NCBI GenBank assembly: GCA_951406725.2
Contig: OX597827.1
Location: 21,328,001 to 21,392,000 of the forward strand
Direction of reading: 5' to 3'
Source of the DNA: Octopus vulgaris
Taxonomy: Eukaryota
DNA length: 64,000 nt
Below are positions 61,381 to 64,000 of this stretch, one piece after another; the stretch's first letter is position 1; each line of letters opens with the position of its first letter. The position numbers were made by a program, and so were the translations under genes. The notes under the pieces are model-generated. The model saw only the letters and a program-made list of their open reading frames with translations, was not told the DNA's origin and made no database searches.

Positions 61381-62539
61381 CAGTATGATATATATATATA
61401 TATTGCCTACGATATATATTATAAATATATCATTATACACACACACATAAATAATGACTAATCGTAAAAAATGAAAGTGAAAATATTATTCGGAAATTGT
61501 GACATTCCTATCGATTATATCTACTTCACCTTTTCGTGTTTCCAAAATACATTATTGCACGTACGCACTTTGTCCAGCTGTCTGTCCTTATAACTAATAT
61601 TTATCATTGCACTTGAATATAAAGGAGTGTAGGAGTGTTTCTCTTTTGATCAGTCATTAAAAAAAAAAACTTTGTCGACGAGGTTAGTATTTTTTTTTTT
61701 TTACTTTGAATTGAAGTTGTGCAAGAAAATACCAGATACAATAGGGTTTCCGGAGAAATCAAAATCAAAAAGGAAATATATTCAATTGTAGAACTAATAA
61801 ATACCTAAACAGAGAAAATATTAAAAAAAAAACAAACCCGCCGTACCTCAGCAGTTTCGTTTTACAAAGGCTACGACTGCCTTGAAGCACTTCCCTCCGT
61901 CTGCCACGCAAGCAATTAATACGTTCAAAGAATTATTCCAATTGTATTTCTCTATGGTCTATAGTCTACTTTCTATAGTCGTTTTTCCTATTGTATTCAT
62001 TTATTTTTTGCTCTCCATTTGTTATTACGTCGTATTTTTTTTTAAGGATTAATTCGCCACTCATTATCATCAAAGTAACTTTGTAAGCAAGTCTATTTTT
62101 CTAAGCTGGTTCGAACTTCAATTATCGATAATTATACGAACAATAAATATTTGTGAGAACATTGTTTATTACCTGAACACAGGACACACGCAACAACATG
62201 TACATAACACAAAGAAATTTGATTGAAGGGATAATTGGGTGTGCGGCAAATGAAAAAAAGAAAGGGGAAAAAAAAGTAATTTTAACTATTTTTATTTTAG
62301 TGTGGAAAATACTTCCTCATTTACATAGCAACCATCTACACCGAACTTATTTCAATACCGACAAAATGTCTATTAAAGATGCTTATTGCGTCTACATTTA
62401 GGTGACCCAAGACATTTTTTGTACCTTCGTCCTGTGTGAGTGTTAAAACTCAGCGATCGTCATTGATAAAAAAAAACCCATTTAGTATTGGTAGTTAGTT
62501 CATCCTTCTTTTTCTCCTGGCCATGCATGTATAATTTAT

Positions 62540-62782
62540 GAGCGGCTAGCCGTTGAAGCTGCGCTCTGATTGGCTGAAAGCTGCCCCACCTGCGTCTTTA
62601 TTGGTTAAGACCATGGAGCCAAGAAACACACCGACTGCTGCTGCTGCTGGCGGTGGCGGAGAGGGCTTTCATCTTTCAGTCCCGGATCTTCCTGAAACTA
62701 AAACCCTGCTCACTAACACTTGGACGCAATTCTGCAGAAATGAACTGAATACCATATTATCTCTCTCTTAAACAAGGTGGGT
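62540..62782 (+). promoter_or_regulatory. Candidate promoter and first exon of a gene extending beyond the window
   Basis: Two ATTGG (CCAAT) boxes at 62569 and 62600 in a GC-elevated patch, then AAG|GTGGGT donor-like site at 62776/62777. Confidence 0.4.
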
Positions 62783-64000
62783 ATTAATTGTTATTAATGA
62801 ATAATATGAAAGTGGTAAACAAATTGTTTTATATATTCATTGATGTTTGCTTATTATTAGAATTACTTTAAAAATTATTGTTAACATTGTTTTTTTACTA
62901 TTATTGGATTCCAGAAAATTAAAAAGAAAGTTAATTTAAAGTGAAAGAGTGGACAGAAACGAATCTAAGCGCCAAATTGATTCATTCGGTGGACCATGCA
63001 TCAACCTGCCACCTCTAGAGGATGTTCGTCCCCTCGATCAGTCGATGAATCATCTGTAACTAAATTCATATTTTTCTCTCTACTTCTTAATTCTAATATA
63101 TATTTGATTTTTTAGTTTGTTGTTCTTTCACAAAAAAAAAAAAGAAAAAGAAAACTGTCATTGTTAACACTATTTTTTTTTTCCTTCTCATTTCTGATGT
63201 AATTTCAATTGATTAAATATTCCTTTTAGCTCATTATATTAAATGTATAAGCTAGCACTTTACTGTATTTTGTTCATGCAGATAACATCCCCGGGAACAT
63301 TTTCCACAGTAATCACACGTGTTTAAAGGTAGATCTAATATTGAATGTGTGTGTGTATGTATATATATAATTATGTTCAGTTTATAATGAGGCTTTTATA
63401 ATTCAACTAATTAAAGCCCGTATAATTAATATATTACGTGGCTAGACTATATTGAAGCGTAAAACCAAGTTTATTATTGTTTAATGCAATGAAGCTTTCT
63501 CCTCTTAAACTGTTTTATATATCTATTGAAAACTTAAAAGAAATGAAATCTTAGTTTCCCTCCTAACCTCTACCTGTCAGACAAACCAGAGAAGCTCACC
63601 TATTTAACCTAAAATTTCTCGATTGATTTATCGATTTCTGTCATATAACTCGCATATAACTTTTCTCTCTCTCTCTCATCTCATTTAAACACGTTTCATT
63701 CATCTCTACCATAATTTCTTTTACAAATAATTAAATATGCGTGTGTGTGTAAAAGTGATTTTATCTAATTGTAGATTTAGAAACAAGAACCCTAACAATC
63801 TTGAGACCGCATTAATTATTTCTTTAAGCCGGAGTGTTAATGAATTTGTTAAATTATTAACTGGACAAAGCAACAAATTATTGTTTGAAAAGAGATTTCG
63901 TTTATGTTGGATTATGATGACCAATTATCTTGAAATTAGATCGGAATTTTCCTAAAGGTTTATTCATTCATTGAGGCAAAATAGGGAAGCCTTAAGTGTG

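Overview
AT-rich, repeat-dense animal genomic DNA, most likely an octopod cephalopod (inferred from the tandem single-exon C2H2 zinc-finger genes, the SINE repertoire and long (TA)n tracts). The only confident host genes are two minus-strand C2H2 zinc-finger genes (23 and 16 fingers); a candidate promoter/first exon lies near 62.6 kb. The rest is mobile DNA: tRNA-derived SINEs, RTE and CR1/L2-type LINE remnants, ORF1-only zinc-knuckle elements, Tc1/mariner fragments, hAT/piggyBac-type MITEs, non-autonomous Helitrons and two Penelope-like elements (PLEs) of different clades. The most notable signal is a set of minimal type-I hammerhead ribozyme motifs (8 clear copies, 3-4 sequence families, all with an extra A after CUGANGA) embedded in PLE-type terminal repeats and fold-back hairpins. 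One family is fused behind a tRNA-like Pol III head (tRNA head-(AAT)n-hammerhead), suggesting a Penelope-mobilised, ribozyme-carrying SINE-like unit. All alignments were made by eye; no database searches were run.
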